Source: Candidatus Nanopelagicales bacterium (GTDB lineage: Bacteria > Actinomycetota > Actinomycetes > S36-B12 > CAIYMF01). From it: 64,000 nucleotides of DNA. Position 1 is the first letter of the stretch. Each line of letters begins with the position of its first letter. The notes beneath the pieces were generated by a model. It was given only the letters and a program-made list of their open reading frames with translations. It was not told where the DNA came from and searched no databases. A program made the translations under genes and the position numbers. Positions 1 through 10,493 of this stretch are shown here, in pieces. Location of the stretch: positions 5,172 through 69,171 of the forward strand of contig JANXWJ010000094.1 in the NCBI GenBank assembly GCA_025351185.1, written 5' to 3'.

Positions 1-1
1 A

Positions 2-976
2 GTCGACGCCGTAGAGGTCCTCGTGCATCTGGGTGCGGTTGAGGATGACGGGCACGTCGAGCGCACCGAACTCCAGCACCTTGGTCGAGAGCTCGAGACT
101 GCCGTCCATCGACGGGTCGCGCCAGGACAGCCCGACGTCCATGGCGGCTGAGGTTCGCATCGCGTCCTGGCGCGGCACGCCGCCGTGCCAGATGACCCCG
201 GCGCTCGACTCGAGGGACTGCTGCATACGAGGTGCGTAGGTCGGATCGGCCGTCACCTCGTGGACCTTGTCGCCCACCATGTGCAGCTCAGCGGCGACGC
301 CGAGATCCTTGAGCCGGGCCGGCAGGGTGGTCATCTGCAGGGTGTTCCACAGCGGCGCGAACTTGCCGGTGTAGACCAACCGGATCGCCCGGCCAGCGAG
401 GGGTTCTCGGCTCGGGAGCTCGAAGTCGGGGGACGGCACCGTCGGTGTCCAGAGCACGCTGCGACCGCAGGCTGACGCCACAGCCGACTCGAGGAACGAG
501 CGCAGCTCCTCGGTCTGGCAGAGCATGAACCTGCTCGCGGCGCTGATCCTCTCGAGCTGCGTCACCGCGTCCGGCTGGAGAGCCGTCACGGTCTGCGCCA
601 TGTCGGTGAGATAGGTCCACAGCCGTCCGTCGAACGACCCGTCGGCGACAGCGAGGTCGACCGCTGCGAGACCGCGCATGACGACGAGATCGAAGCGGCG
701 GCGCTCGTCGAGCACGCGCATGATCTCGATCGCCTGGGTGCGGGTGAGGGCCCGCTTCGTGCGCCGCACCATGCCCTCGTCGTGAGGTCGTACGACAGTC
801 ACGCCCGACATCGCCGCGATCGGGTCGACCAGGCGCGCGGTGCGCACGGGCGCCTTGAGCACCAGGGTGACCTCGACGCCACAGCTGCTCAGCGCCTCGA
901 CCATCGACTGCACCCAGATCGCCGAACCATCGATGACGTTGAGATTGACGTCGCCGTAGACCAAGGCGCGCGTCAT
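2..976 (-). CDS. Glycosyltransferase (GT-B/GT4-like), partial; 3' end runs off the left edge
   Basis: Not in the ORF track because it is open-ended. Manual translation from ATG 976: MTRALVYGDVNLNVIDGSAIWVQS...RLVYTGKFAP...LSTKVLEFGALDVPVILNRT (GT-B C-terminal signature). ATGA overlap with the upstream gene's stop. Confidence 0.85.
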   Translation of the reverse strand, partial: MTRALVYGDVNLNVIDGSAIWVQSMVEALSSCGVEVTLVLKAPVRTARLVDPIAAMSGVTVVRPHDEGMVRRTKRALTRTQAIEIMRVLDERRRFDLVVMRGLAAVDLAVADGSFDGRLWTYLTDMAQTVTALQPDAVTQLERISAASRFMLCQTEELRSFLESAVASACGRSVLWTPTVPSPDFELPSREPLAGRAIRLVYTGKFAPLWNTLQMTTLPARLKDLGVAAELHMVGDKVHEVTADPTYAPRMQQSLESSAGVIWHGGVPRQDAMRTSAAMDVGLSWRDPSMDGSLELSTKVLEFGALDVPVILNRTQMHEDLYGVD

Positions 977-3270
977 GAGCCGGCTCCGACGGCCACGAGC
1001 GTGCGTCCTCGTCGCGACCACGCCGTGAGGTCGACAGCAGGACCGTCGTCTGCCACCACGTGTGCCCGTCGGAGCAGGGTCGCGTTGCCCTCGAAAGCTG
1101 CCATGGCCCGCACCCCACCACCAGCGGTCAGGGTCACGGCGTCGACGTCGTCCCCGGCTTCGGCGCCGACGAGAAGGTCGAGCAGGTAGGTGTCGGCCCA
1201 CTGCTCCTGGGAGCCGGGCGCCCACGACGTGATCCACGGCGAGTCCGCAGCAGCCGCAAGGTCGACGTGGGTGGGGTCGGCCATCGACACGGCACGCACT
1301 GCGACGCCCGAGGCCGCCAGCTCGCGGAGCGCACCGGACGACTCGAGGTCGCGACGCGACACGACGACCTCGGCCGGCCGCACCGACTGACGCAGCACCG
1401 ACTCGACGAGCTGCCGCGTGTCGTGGCCGTTGCCCGGCGACACGACGACGGCGACCCGGCGCTCGTGGCTCACGACGACGTCGAGACCGAGTCGCTGCAC
1501 GAGCTCCGCCAACCGCGCAGTCACTGTGTGCGAGAGGGAGATCGTGCGCAGCACCGCAAGGTGCTCGGCCGCTGTGAGCGGTCCGTCGGCGACCGCTGCG
1601 CGCACGACGGCGGCCACATCTCGCACGTCCGCGACGCGTACGGCTGAGCCCAGGCCCGAGAGCGCAGCGAGGTCCCGGTTGGGGCCGGACACGAGGCGAG
1701 CACCCGAGGCGAGCGCGAGCAGGTCGTCGTCGCGCAGCCCGAGCATCGAGTCTGGTACGACGAACGGCGACGCGACCACGACAGCGGCACCGCGACAGGC
1801 GACGGCAAAGCCGTCCCCTGCGATCTCGCGGCCGATCGCTGCACGCACCGACTCTGGGAAGCCGTGCGCCGGCGCTCCCCCGCGACGCGGACGGATCGTG
1901 AGACCCGGACCAGCCGCCTCGAGCGCCTCGACGAGCAACGACCGGCGTCGTGCGGTGTCCCGCGGGTCAAAACCTCCGGCGTAGAGCACCGACGTACGTG
2001 CATCACGGTCGGCACCGAGGTCGACGGCGTCTGCCAGCGACACCCCCACCGACCACGGGATGCCGCCGGATCGCGCGGGCGAGGAGTCGACGACGAGGTC
2101 ACAGCGCCGGGCGAAGTCGTCGAGGGCTGCCGTCTCGTGCACCGGGGTGTTGCGCCAGAGCACGACGGGACTGCTGATCCCCTGTGCCGCGTCGACGAGT
2201 CCAAGGAGTCGTCGCTCACGCTCGCTCGCCGCCGGGTTGCCGAGGTGTGCCCACGGCGACGACGGTCGAGACACCGCCGTCTCGACCAACAGCAGGTCAG
2301 GGTCAGCACGCACGAGCAGTGGCATCGCGTCGTCCGGCATCGCACTCACGACAAAGGAATGGCGTCGAAGCGCCGACTCCGTCTCGGGGCGTATGACACC
2401 CAGCACGCTGACCCGCGTGCGCGGCTCCAGCGATGCACCACGCCATGCGGCGAGCCGCTCGACCTCGCCGCCCGAGGCTGGCAGACCTGCGCCGACCGCG
2501 GCCGAGGTGCGCGCCTTGGCGAGCCCGGCGCGGCCACCGCGCAGGCGCCACATCCGCACGGCCTCACGGGGAAGCCTCGCTGCGGTGCGTGGATTCCTCG
2601 CCACGCCTACCAGCGCCTTGCCCACCCGCATCGCGGTCGACGCCTCAGCCTGCGCCACCTGCTCGCGCGCAACCTTGAGCTCGAGCTCGGTCGATCGCAG
2701 TGACGCGGCGAGCGACGCGCGCTCGTGCGACAGCTCAGCGATCCGCACCACCGGATCGGCATCATCCCCGCCCGTCGAGAGCCGGGCGCGCAGGTGAGCG
2801 ACCTCGTCGACGAGCCAGTCCGCCGACGCCAGCGCCAGCGCCTGCCGCAGCACGACTTCATCATCGGTACCGCGCGCCTCGTTGCCCACGCGAGTGAGGA
2901 GCACTGCGACCGGCAGCTCGGGATAGGTCGTGGCCGTCGCCCGCACCAGCGAGAACCCATCCGCCGCAAGGCTCTCCGCCACCGGCGAGCCAGCGAGGTC
3001 AGCAGCGGACCAGCCCAGCAGGAGGAGCACATAGCCACCCAGCGCGACGCGGGACAGTGCGGCGACCGCTGCGCCGAGGTCACCGTAGGGCGACGCATCC
3101 GGCCCGGCCGCGACCGCCAGGAGAACGTCGACGTCGAGAACCTCGCTCGAGGTATCACGCGCCGCGGGGGGCAGGTCGACGTAGGACGACAGGTCGAGTC
3201 GCCCGGCGACGACGACCGACGCGACCCCCAGATCGGCTGACGCGACGAAGTCGCGGACGCGCGTCTTCAC
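973..3270 (-). CDS. Multidomain glycosyltransferase-like protein (N-terminal domain, coiled coil, CgeB-like GT-B region, degenerate GT2-like tail)
   Basis: 794-aa ORF; GTG 3270 overlaps the wecB stop (GTGA). Contains DLLLVETA...VVLWRNT..P and a LASGARLVS motif typical of CgeB-like GTs; heptad-like stretch IAELSHERASLAASLRSTELELKVAREQVAQAE. Confidence 0.7.
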   Translation of the reverse strand: MKTRVRDFVASADLGVASVVVAGRLDLSSYVDLPPAARDTSSEVLDVDVLLAVAAGPDASPYGDLGAAVAALSRVALGGYVLLLLGWSAADLAGSPVAESLAADGFSLVRATATTYPELPVAVLLTRVGNEARGTDDEVVLRQALALASADWLVDEVAHLRARLSTGGDDADPVVRIAELSHERASLAASLRSTELELKVAREQVAQAEASTAMRVGKALVGVARNPRTAARLPREAVRMWRLRGGRAGLAKARTSAAVGAGLPASGGEVERLAAWRGASLEPRTRVSVLGVIRPETESALRRHSFVVSAMPDDAMPLLVRADPDLLLVETAVSRPSSPWAHLGNPAASERERRLLGLVDAAQGISSPVVLWRNTPVHETAALDDFARRCDLVVDSSPARSGGIPWSVGVSLADAVDLGADRDARTSVLYAGGFDPRDTARRRSLLVEALEAAGPGLTIRPRRGGAPAHGFPESVRAAIGREIAGDGFAVACRGAAVVVASPFVVPDSMLGLRDDDLLALASGARLVSGPNRDLAALSGLGSAVRVADVRDVAAVVRAAVADGPLTAAEHLAVLRTISLSHTVTARLAELVQRLGLDVVVSHERRVAVVVSPGNGHDTRQLVESVLRQSVRPAEVVVSRRDLESSGALRELAASGVAVRAVSMADPTHVDLAAAADSPWITSWAPGSQEQWADTYLLDLLVGAEAGDDVDAVTLTAGGGVRAMAAFEGNATLLRRAHVVADDGPAVDLTAWSRRGRTLVAVGAGS

Positions 3271-4382
3271 GCAGTGGCTCCGCGACCGTCGGCGGAACGC
3301 TCCTCGAGGAACGCCGTGATGATCTCGGCGATTCGGGGGCCCGCGTGACCGTCCCACAGCGGCGGGATCTTGTGCGGGGCCCCCGCCGGGCGAGCGAGCA
3401 CCTCGTCGAGCACGGCGATCACGTCGTCGGTCGTGACGAGCCGGTTGGTGCCGCTGGTGATCGTGATCGGGCGTTCGGTGTTGGGGCGCAGGGTGAGGCA
3501 GGGAACGCCGAGCACGGTCGTCTCCTCCTGCACTCCCCCCGAGTCGGTGATGACCGCGGATGAGCCGCGCACGAGGGAGATGAACTCGGTGTAGCCCAGC
3601 GGGTCAACGACATGGATGCGCTCGTGCGTCATCAGACCTTGCGACTCCAGCATCGCGCGGCCGCGCGGGTGCAGGGGGAAGACGACATCGAGACGGTCGG
3701 CAGCCTGGTGGAGCACGGCGACGAGCGCCGCCGCCGACTCGGCGGAGTCGACGTTGGCCGGACGGTGCAGGGTGGCCACGGCGTACGCCCCGGTCAGGCC
3801 GTGCGCAGCGGTCACGGCACCCACGTCGAACGTGTCGAGGTGCGCGAGCAACGTGTCGATCATCGGGTTGCCGACGAAGTGGATGCGCGCCGGATCGATG
3901 CCCTCGTTGGCGAGGTGCGCGATGGCGTCGGGGCTCGTGACGAAGAGGAGGTCGGACAGCTGGTCGGTGAGGAGCCGGTTGACCTCCTCGGGCATCGTCA
4001 TGTCGAAGGACCGCAGACCGGCCTCGACGTGAGCGACAGGGATGTGGAGCTTGGCCGCGACCAGGGCTGCGGCCACCGTGCTGTTGACATCGCCGTAGAC
4101 GACGACCAGGGCAGGCCGCTGCTCGAGGAAGAGCTCCTCGAGCCCGACCATCGTCGCGGCGGTCTGCACCGCGTGGCTGCCCGAGCCCACACCGAGATTG
4201 ACGTCGGGGTGCGGGAGGTTGAGCTCGCGGAAGAAGATCTCCGACATCCGGTCGTCGTAGTGCTGCCCGGTGTGCACGAGGAGCTGAGCCACGTCGAGGT
4301 CCGTCAGGGCAGCCAGGACGGGTGCTGCCTTCGGGAAGTTGGGCCGAGCTCCGGTCACGTGGATCACAGGCGCGGGGCTCAT
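3267..4382 (-). CDS. wecB: UDP-N-acetylglucosamine 2-epimerase (non-hydrolysing)
   Basis: GARPNFPK, HTGQHYD, HVEAGLRS, PEEVNR, TDSGGVQEE and NTERP motifs. Confidence 0.95.
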   Translation of the reverse strand: MSPAPVIHVTGARPNFPKAAPVLAALTDLDVAQLLVHTGQHYDDRMSEIFFRELNLPHPDVNLGVGSGSHAVQTAATMVGLEELFLEQRPALVVVYGDVNSTVAAALVAAKLHIPVAHVEAGLRSFDMTMPEEVNRLLTDQLSDLLFVTSPDAIAHLANEGIDPARIHFVGNPMIDTLLAHLDTFDVGAVTAAHGLTGAYAVATLHRPANVDSAESAAALVAVLHQAADRLDVVFPLHPRGRAMLESQGLMTHERIHVVDPLGYTEFISLVRGSSAVITDSGGVQEETTVLGVPCLTLRPNTERPITITSGTNRLVTTDDVIAVLDEVLARPAGAPHKIPPLWDGHAGPRIAEIITAFLEERSADGRGATA

Positions 4383-4481
4383 GGAGACCTTTCGTCGCGC
4401 ACGCGCGACCCGGAGGCCCGCGGCTGCTGATGGCGCCCACTAGCATAGGCGACCGCACCCTGTGGGCTTGGAGAGTGGATC

Positions 4482-6254
4482 GTGCCGGACCTGCGCTTGA
4501 TCGCGTCCCGCAGCCTCTCCGTGGCCCGCAACGTCGCGCACAACGCCCCGCTCGCCGCCTCGGTCGCCGTCCGTAGGTTCGGAGTCGACCCGATCGAGAC
4601 TGCGGTGCGCCTCGCCGACAAGCTCCCCGACGCGCTGCTCCGCCGGGTGGAGAACCACCCCGAGGCCCGACTCTTGCTGGCCGACGACGACGAGGTGGCG
4701 GTGTCGGTGACCGCTGTCGTGCCGGGCGTGAGCCGGCAGCCACGCACGGTGCGACGGCTGGTGGCCGTGGCGACCTCGCAGAACCGCACCGACCTCGCGA
4801 CCGACCTGCTCGCACAACTGCCCGCAGATGACCCGGCACGAGCACGGTTGACCGCCCGCCTCGACTGGAAGCTCGGCCTGCTGACCCAGGCACGCGACGA
4901 GCTCGCGCTGTCGCCGGGGTCCTCACGCCGCGACTCGCGTCTGCTCGCCTCGATGGTCGACGACCTCGCGGTGCTCCACGTGCCGGCACCGTCTTCGAGC
5001 ATCCGGAGAGGGACATCGTTCCAGCCCGCGCCCGGGCGTGTGCTGCACCTGGTGACCAACTCGCTGCCCTACGCGAACGCCGGCTACACCACGCGCACCC
5101 ATCAGATCCTCCTGGCTCAGGCGCAACTCGGTCTCGACCCGCATGCTTTGACCCGGTTGGGATTTCCCGTGGCGCAGGGCGCCCTCACGGCGGCCACGAC
5201 CGACCTGGTGGATGGCATCCCGTATCACCGGTCGCTGCCTGTTCGATTGCTGCCTCAACAGGCGACCGATCGGCTGAAGACCGAGATCGACGCGGCCTCG
5301 GCGATCGTGAGCGACCTGTGTCCCGGCGTGCTGCACGCAGCCTCCAACCACTGGAACGGCCGCGTTGCGCTTTCGCTGCGCGACCGGCACGGCATCCCGG
5401 TCGTCTACGAGGTGCGCGGCTTCCTGGAGGAGTCCTGGCTCTCCCGGCGCGACGGGGTCGAGAGCGACGGCAGCAGCACCGATCGCTATCGCCTCGAGCA
5501 CGCGCTCGAGACCTGGGTCATGCAGGAGGCCGACCTCGTCACGACCCTCGGCGAGGTAATGCGTGAGGAGATCGTGTCCCGCGGAGTAGATGCCGACCGG
5601 GTCATCGTGGCCCCCAACGCGGTCGACGAGCGCTTCCTCACGACAGCCCCGGACGCGCGCGACCTTCGTCGCACCCTCGGCATCGCCGACGACGAGATCA
5701 CGGTCGGTGTGATCTCCACGCTCTATCGCCACGAGGGCATCGTCACGCTCGTCGATGCGGTCGCCCGGCTGCTGCCGGACAACCCACGGCTGCGACTGGT
5801 CGTCGTCGGAGACGGCCCGGAGCGTGACGCGATCCGGCATCGGGTGGCGGAGGCCGGGATTGCCGACCACACGCTGCTCACCGGGCGGGTGCCCTTCGAC
5901 CGCGTGCACGACTACTACGCGGCCATCGACGTCTTCTGTGTCCCTCGCGTCCAGGCCCGGGTCAGCGATCTCGTCACTCCGCTCAAGCCGGTGGAGGCGA
6001 TGGCCACCGGGCGCGCGGTGATCGGCAGTGACGTCGGAGGCCTGCGCGAGGTCATCACCGACGGGGTCACCGGACTGCTGGTGACCCCCGACGACGCGGT
6101 CGCGCTCGCCGACTCGATCGCCTCGCTCCTGTACGATACGGACCTGCGCAGCCGTCTCGGCGACGCGGCTCGGGACTGGGTGGCGGAGCACCGCACCTGG
6201 ACCCAGGTCGCCTCTCGATATCGCGACGCCTACGCCCGCCTCGGCGCCCGGTGA
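4482..6254 (+). CDS. GT4 glycosyltransferase with N-terminal helical extension
   Basis: HLVTNSLP..AGY..RT, YEVRGFLEESW, TPLKPVEAMATGRAVIGSDVGGLREVI. Confidence 0.9.
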   Translation: MPDLRLIASRSLSVARNVAHNAPLAASVAVRRFGVDPIETAVRLADKLPDALLRRVENHPEARLLLADDDEVAVSVTAVVPGVSRQPRTVRRLVAVATSQNRTDLATDLLAQLPADDPARARLTARLDWKLGLLTQARDELALSPGSSRRDSRLLASMVDDLAVLHVPAPSSSIRRGTSFQPAPGRVLHLVTNSLPYANAGYTTRTHQILLAQAQLGLDPHALTRLGFPVAQGALTAATTDLVDGIPYHRSLPVRLLPQQATDRLKTEIDAASAIVSDLCPGVLHAASNHWNGRVALSLRDRHGIPVVYEVRGFLEESWLSRRDGVESDGSSTDRYRLEHALETWVMQEADLVTTLGEVMREEIVSRGVDADRVIVAPNAVDERFLTTAPDARDLRRTLGIADDEITVGVISTLYRHEGIVTLVDAVARLLPDNPRLRLVVVGDGPERDAIRHRVAEAGIADHTLLTGRVPFDRVHDYYAAIDVFCVPRVQARVSDLVTPLKPVEAMATGRAVIGSDVGGLREVITDGVTGLLVTPDDAVALADSIASLLYDTDLRSRLGDAARDWVAEHRTWTQVASRYRDAYARLGAR

Positions 6255-7615
6255 TCGGGCTCGACCCCACCGAGCAGGCTCGGTACGACCCCCATTCCGG
6301 GGCGCAAGCACGGCCGACCCACGCGGCCGCCGTCACCACCCCAGGGAGCAGCGTGTCCGTCGATCTGGTCGTCATCGGCCTGGGTTACGTCGGCCTCCCG
6401 TTGGCGCAGGAGGCCACCCGGTCCGGGCTCACCGTCGTCGGGCTCGACGTCTCGACCCGCATCGTCGACGGGCTCCGCGCCGGCCACTCCCACGTCGACG
6501 ACCTCTCCGACGACGACGTGGCGACGATGCTCATCGCCGGCTTCACCGCGACGACCGACGCCTCCGTCATCGCCGGCGCCGACGCGGTCGTCATCTGCGT
6601 GCCCACCCCGCTCGGCAGCGAGGGCGGTCCCGACCTCGCGTTCGTGCTGACATCCACGCGCACGATCGCCGACCACCTCACGCCGGGCACCCTCGTGGTG
6701 CTGGAGTCCACGACGTATCCCGGCACGACCGACGAGCAGGTCCGACCCATCCTCGAGGGCACGACCGGGCTCGTGGCAGGCGCCGACTTCAACCTCGCTT
6801 TCTCCCCCGAGCGCATCGACCCGGGCAACGCGGTCTACGGCATGCGCAACACCCCGAAGGTCGTCGGCGGTCACACGCCCGGGTGCACGGCTCGCGCCGC
6901 GGCGTTCTACCGCCGCTTCGTCGACACCGTTGTCGAGGCCAAGGGAACCCGCGAGGCCGAGATGGCCAAGCTGCTCGAGAACACCTACCGCCAGGTCAAC
7001 ATCGGGTTGATGAACGAGATGGCGGTCTTCTGCCACGAGCTCGACATCGATCTCTGGGACGTCATCGAGGCGGCCAAGTCCAAGCCCTTCGGCTTCCAGG
7101 CGTTCTATCCAGGACCCGGCGTCGGCGGCCACTGCATCCCGATCGACCCGATGTATCTCAGCTATCGGGTCCGCGCGCGGCTCGGCGCGCCGTCGCAGTT
7201 CATCGAGATCGCGCAGGCGGTCAACAACAGCATGCCGAAGTACGTCGCCCGCCGTGCGCAGGATCTGCTCAACACCGTCGGCAAGCCGATGAAGGGATCG
7301 ACGATCCTGGTGCTGGGTGTGACCTATAAGGCCGACATCGCCGACCAGCGCGAGTCACCGGCCGAGCCGCTGGCCGTGCACCTCGCAGAGATGGGCGCGA
7401 TCGTGGCGTTCTTCGACCCCTATGTCGGGGACTGGCACGTGCCCGGTGTCACCACCGTCAAGGTCCACGACCTCGACGCCGGGCTGGCGGCATGCGACAT
7501 CGCGATCCTCGTGCAGAACCACACGGTGCTCGACCTCGCGGCTGTGGCTGCAGCGGCGCCCCTCCTCCTCGACACCCGCGGCAAAGCCTCCGGCCCGCGT
7601 GTCGAGCGGCTGTGA
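6251..7615 (+). CDS. Nucleotide-sugar (UDP-N-acetylhexosamine) dehydrogenase, WecC/WbpA family
   Basis: VIGLGYVGLPLA, ICVPTP, LESTTYPGTT, FSPERIDPG, KLLENTYR, GPGVGGHCIPIDP. The true start could be the internal GTG (VSVDLVV). Confidence 0.92.
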   Translation: MIGLDPTEQARYDPHSGAQARPTHAAAVTTPGSSVSVDLVVIGLGYVGLPLAQEATRSGLTVVGLDVSTRIVDGLRAGHSHVDDLSDDDVATMLIAGFTATTDASVIAGADAVVICVPTPLGSEGGPDLAFVLTSTRTIADHLTPGTLVVLESTTYPGTTDEQVRPILEGTTGLVAGADFNLAFSPERIDPGNAVYGMRNTPKVVGGHTPGCTARAAAFYRRFVDTVVEAKGTREAEMAKLLENTYRQVNIGLMNEMAVFCHELDIDLWDVIEAAKSKPFGFQAFYPGPGVGGHCIPIDPMYLSYRVRARLGAPSQFIEIAQAVNNSMPKYVARRAQDLLNTVGKPMKGSTILVLGVTYKADIADQRESPAEPLAVHLAEMGAIVAFFDPYVGDWHVPGVTTVKVHDLDAGLAACDIAILVQNHTVLDLAAVAAAAPLLLDTRGKASGPRVERL

Positions 7616-7627
7616 GACGAGGCGACC

Positions 7628-8509
7628 ATGACCATCGGTGACATCGAACGCAGCCCAGCGGCAGAGCTTGCGGCGCAGGCGGGCCTCACCCCCATCGGAC
7701 GCCGCCCGACGCTCTTCGCCTACATCGCATCGATCTGGGAGCGCCGCCATTTCCTCGCGGCGTTCGCGCGCAGCCGGCTCACCGCAGACAACAGCGAGAG
7801 CCGCCTGGGCCAGCTCTGGCAGGTGCTCAACCCGCTGCTCAACGCGGGCGTCTACTACCTCATCTTCGCGGTGGTGCTCAAGACCACCAGCTCCATCGAC
7901 AACTACGTGCCGTTCCTCATCACGGGCGTGTTCATCTTCGGCTTCACCCAGCGCGTCATCGTGACGGGGTCGAAGGCGATCACGGGCAACATCGGCCTGG
8001 TCCGGGCGTTGCACTTCCCCCGAGCCGTCCTCCCCCTGGCCACCGTGTGGGAGGAGCTGCTCAAGACCGGCACGTCGCTCGCGGTTCTGTCGGTGATCGT
8101 GCTCGCCTACCGTGAGCCGCTCACCTGGAACTGGTTTCAGCTGCCGGTCGTGATCTTCCTGCAGCTGCTCTTCAGTGCCGGTATCGCACTCGTCTTCGCC
8201 CGCCTCACCGCATCGATCTCCGACGTCGCGCAGTTCCTGCCCTTCGCCATGCGCATCTGGATGTATCTCTCCGGCGTGATGTATTCGATCTCCGCGTTCA
8301 TCTCCCGTCACGACGGCCAGGAGTGGGTGGTCGTCCTGCTGCAGATCAACCCTGCGGCGGTCTACATCCAGCTGGCGCGGGGCTCGATCATGAGGTCGGA
8401 GCCCGCTGCCGTGACCGACTGGTATCTCGGTATCGCCTGGGCCGTGGTCGCTTTCGTGATCGGCTTCGTCTTCTTCTGGCGGGCGGAGTCCAGCTATGGC
8501 CGCGGCTGA
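7628..8509 (+). CDS. ABC-2 polysaccharide exporter permease (Wzm/TagG family)
   Basis: LGQLWQVLNPLL, six hydrophobic segments, WMYLSGVMY, INP motif. Confidence 0.92.
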   Translation: MTIGDIERSPAAELAAQAGLTPIGRRPTLFAYIASIWERRHFLAAFARSRLTADNSESRLGQLWQVLNPLLNAGVYYLIFAVVLKTTSSIDNYVPFLITGVFIFGFTQRVIVTGSKAITGNIGLVRALHFPRAVLPLATVWEELLKTGTSLAVLSVIVLAYREPLTWNWFQLPVVIFLQLLFSAGIALVFARLTASISDVAQFLPFAMRIWMYLSGVMYSISAFISRHDGQEWVVVLLQINPAAVYIQLARGSIMRSEPAAVTDWYLGIAWAVVAFVIGFVFFWRAESSYGRG

Positions 8510-9290
8510 GGAAATGACTGCTCGCGCTGCCCAGCAGGGCACGCCGACCGTCGTCGTCGACGACCTGCACATCACCTACCGCGTGATGGGACCGAAGCTC
8601 GCAGGTGCTCGCACCGACAGCACGTCGGCGTTGCGTCGCGTGCTGACTCGCCAGAACGCCCCGGGCATGCGCGAGATCAAGGCGATCCGCGGCGTCACCT
8701 TCGTGGCCAACCACGGCGACGCCATCGGGCTCATCGGTCGCAACGGCTCGGGCAAGAGCACCTTGCTGCGTGCGATCGCCGGCCTGCTCCCCCCGGTCGA
8801 CGGCGTCGTCTACACCAACAGCCAGCCATCGCTGCTCGGCGTCAACGCCGCCCTCATCAACAGCCTCTCGGGCGCGCAGAACATCATGCTCGGCGGGCTC
8901 GCCATGGGGATGACTCCGAGCGAGGTCCGGGAGAAGTACGCCTCGATCGTCGACTTTGCGGGCATCGGCGAATTCATCGACCTCCCCATGACTGCCTACT
9001 CCTCCGGCATGAGCGCCCGTCTGAGGTTTGCGATCGCCGCATCCGTCTCGCACGAGGTCCTGCTCATCGATGAGGCTCTCGCCACCGGCGATGCGGAGTT
9101 CCGCCGCAAGTCCGAGACCCGCATCCGCGAGCTGCGAGACGAGGCGGGCACGGTGTTCCTCGTGAGCCACGGCCTTGGCGTCATCCGCGAGACCTGCAAC
9201 CGTGCCATCTGGCTCGACAAGGGTCTCATCACCATGGACGGCGACGTCGACACCGTGCTCGACGCCTACGAGGAACTCGTCGAGCGGTAG
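8496..9290 (+). CDS. ABC polysaccharide exporter ATPase (Wzt/TagH family), no C-terminal carbohydrate-binding domain
   Basis: GRNGSGKST Walker A, YSSGM signature, LLIDEALATGD Walker B; only 264 aa. Confidence 0.93.
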   Translation: MAAAEEMTARAAQQGTPTVVVDDLHITYRVMGPKLAGARTDSTSALRRVLTRQNAPGMREIKAIRGVTFVANHGDAIGLIGRNGSGKSTLLRAIAGLLPPVDGVVYTNSQPSLLGVNAALINSLSGAQNIMLGGLAMGMTPSEVREKYASIVDFAGIGEFIDLPMTAYSSGMSARLRFAIAASVSHEVLLIDEALATGDAEFRRKSETRIRELRDEAGTVFLVSHGLGVIRETCNRAIWLDKGLITMDGDVDTVLDAYEELVER

Positions 9291-9298
9291 GTGATCTC

Positions 9299-10372
9299 GT
9301 GCGCGTGCTCGTCATGACCGTCGTGCACCACCCCGGCGACGCCCGGATCGCCCACCGTCAGATCCCGGCGCTGCTCGCCGCAGGTCACAGCGTCACCTTC
9401 GCCGCACCGTTCGTCGCCTATGCCGCGACGCGCACGCCGGGCGTTCGCACCATCGACCTTCCGCGTGCCGTGGGCCGGTCCCGGCTCGGCGCGCTGCAGG
9501 TCGCACGTGACGTCGTACGCCACGAGGCGCCCTCGCACGATGTCGTGCTGCTGCACGATCCCGAGCTCCTCCTCGCCGTCCCGCGTGCGACCCGAACACC
9601 GGTGGTGTGGGACGTGCACGAGGACACAGCGGCGGCCGTATCGATGAAGTCGTGGCTCCCCGGACCCTTGCGTCCCGTTGCGGCATCAGGGATCCGGCGC
9701 CTTGAGCACTCCGCGGAGAAGCGAGTCGGGCTCCTGCTCGCCGAAGACGGCTACGCAGTGCGGTTCACCGGCGAGCACGCCGTGGTACCCAACACGACGG
9801 TTGTCCCCGAGACGGTCGCAGCGCCGGGATCAGACCGGCTCGTCTACCTCGGTGCCGTCACGCGTGCGCGGGGCGCGCTCGAGATGGTGGAGGTCGCGCG
9901 GCGACTCGGCGACGACGTACGGGTGGAGCTCATCGGTGCCGTCTCTAGCGATGTCGCAGGAGAGGTGGGCCGGGCCCGCGACTCCGGCGTGCTCGTCGCG
10001 CACGGCTTCGTGCCCAACGACGAGGCGGTGCGGATGCTCGACGGGGCGCTCGCGGGGCTCTCGCTCCTGCATGACGAGCCCAACTACCGGCACTCGCGAC
10101 CGACGAAGATCATCGAGTACATGGCGCACGGCGTACCCGTCATCACCACTCCGCTTCCCGTTGCCGTCGAGATCGTCGACACGGCGCGCAGCGGGGTCGT
10201 CGTGCCGTTCGGCGACATCGACGCCATCGTGACGGCGGTCCAGGCTCTGCGCGCCGACACCGGACGCCGCGAAGCCCTCGGTGCCGCGGGGCACGTGGCA
10301 GCGCTGGCCCGATACGACTGGCGTACGCAAGGACCGGCGTTCGTGGCCGCCCTCGAGGCAGCCGCTCGCTGA
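9299..10372 (+). CDS. GT4 glycosyltransferase
   Basis: VVHHPGDARI, HDPELL, PTKIIEYMAHGVPVITT. Confidence 0.9.
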   Translation: MRVLVMTVVHHPGDARIAHRQIPALLAAGHSVTFAAPFVAYAATRTPGVRTIDLPRAVGRSRLGALQVARDVVRHEAPSHDVVLLHDPELLLAVPRATRTPVVWDVHEDTAAAVSMKSWLPGPLRPVAASGIRRLEHSAEKRVGLLLAEDGYAVRFTGEHAVVPNTTVVPETVAAPGSDRLVYLGAVTRARGALEMVEVARRLGDDVRVELIGAVSSDVAGEVGRARDSGVLVAHGFVPNDEAVRMLDGALAGLSLLHDEPNYRHSRPTKIIEYMAHGVPVITTPLPVAVEIVDTARSGVVVPFGDIDAIVTAVQALRADTGRREALGAAGHVAALARYDWRTQGPAFVAALEAAAR

Positions 10373-10416
10373 CAGTGCGGCGGGGATCCTCTCGACGTAC
10401 GAACAACCTCCTCCAG

Positions 10417-10481
10417 CGCGTGATCCTGGTCCAGTGGTCGTTTCCCGCACCCGGAAGCAGCCACTGAACCAAGATCACGCG
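10417..10481. repeat. 65-bp palindromic REP-like element, family A copy 1
   Basis: Arms cgcgtgatcctggtccagtg / cactgaaccaagatcacgcg; 53/65 identical to the reverse complement of 26891-26955; lies between convergent genes. Confidence 0.85.
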
Positions 10482-10493
10482 AGACCGGCGGGG

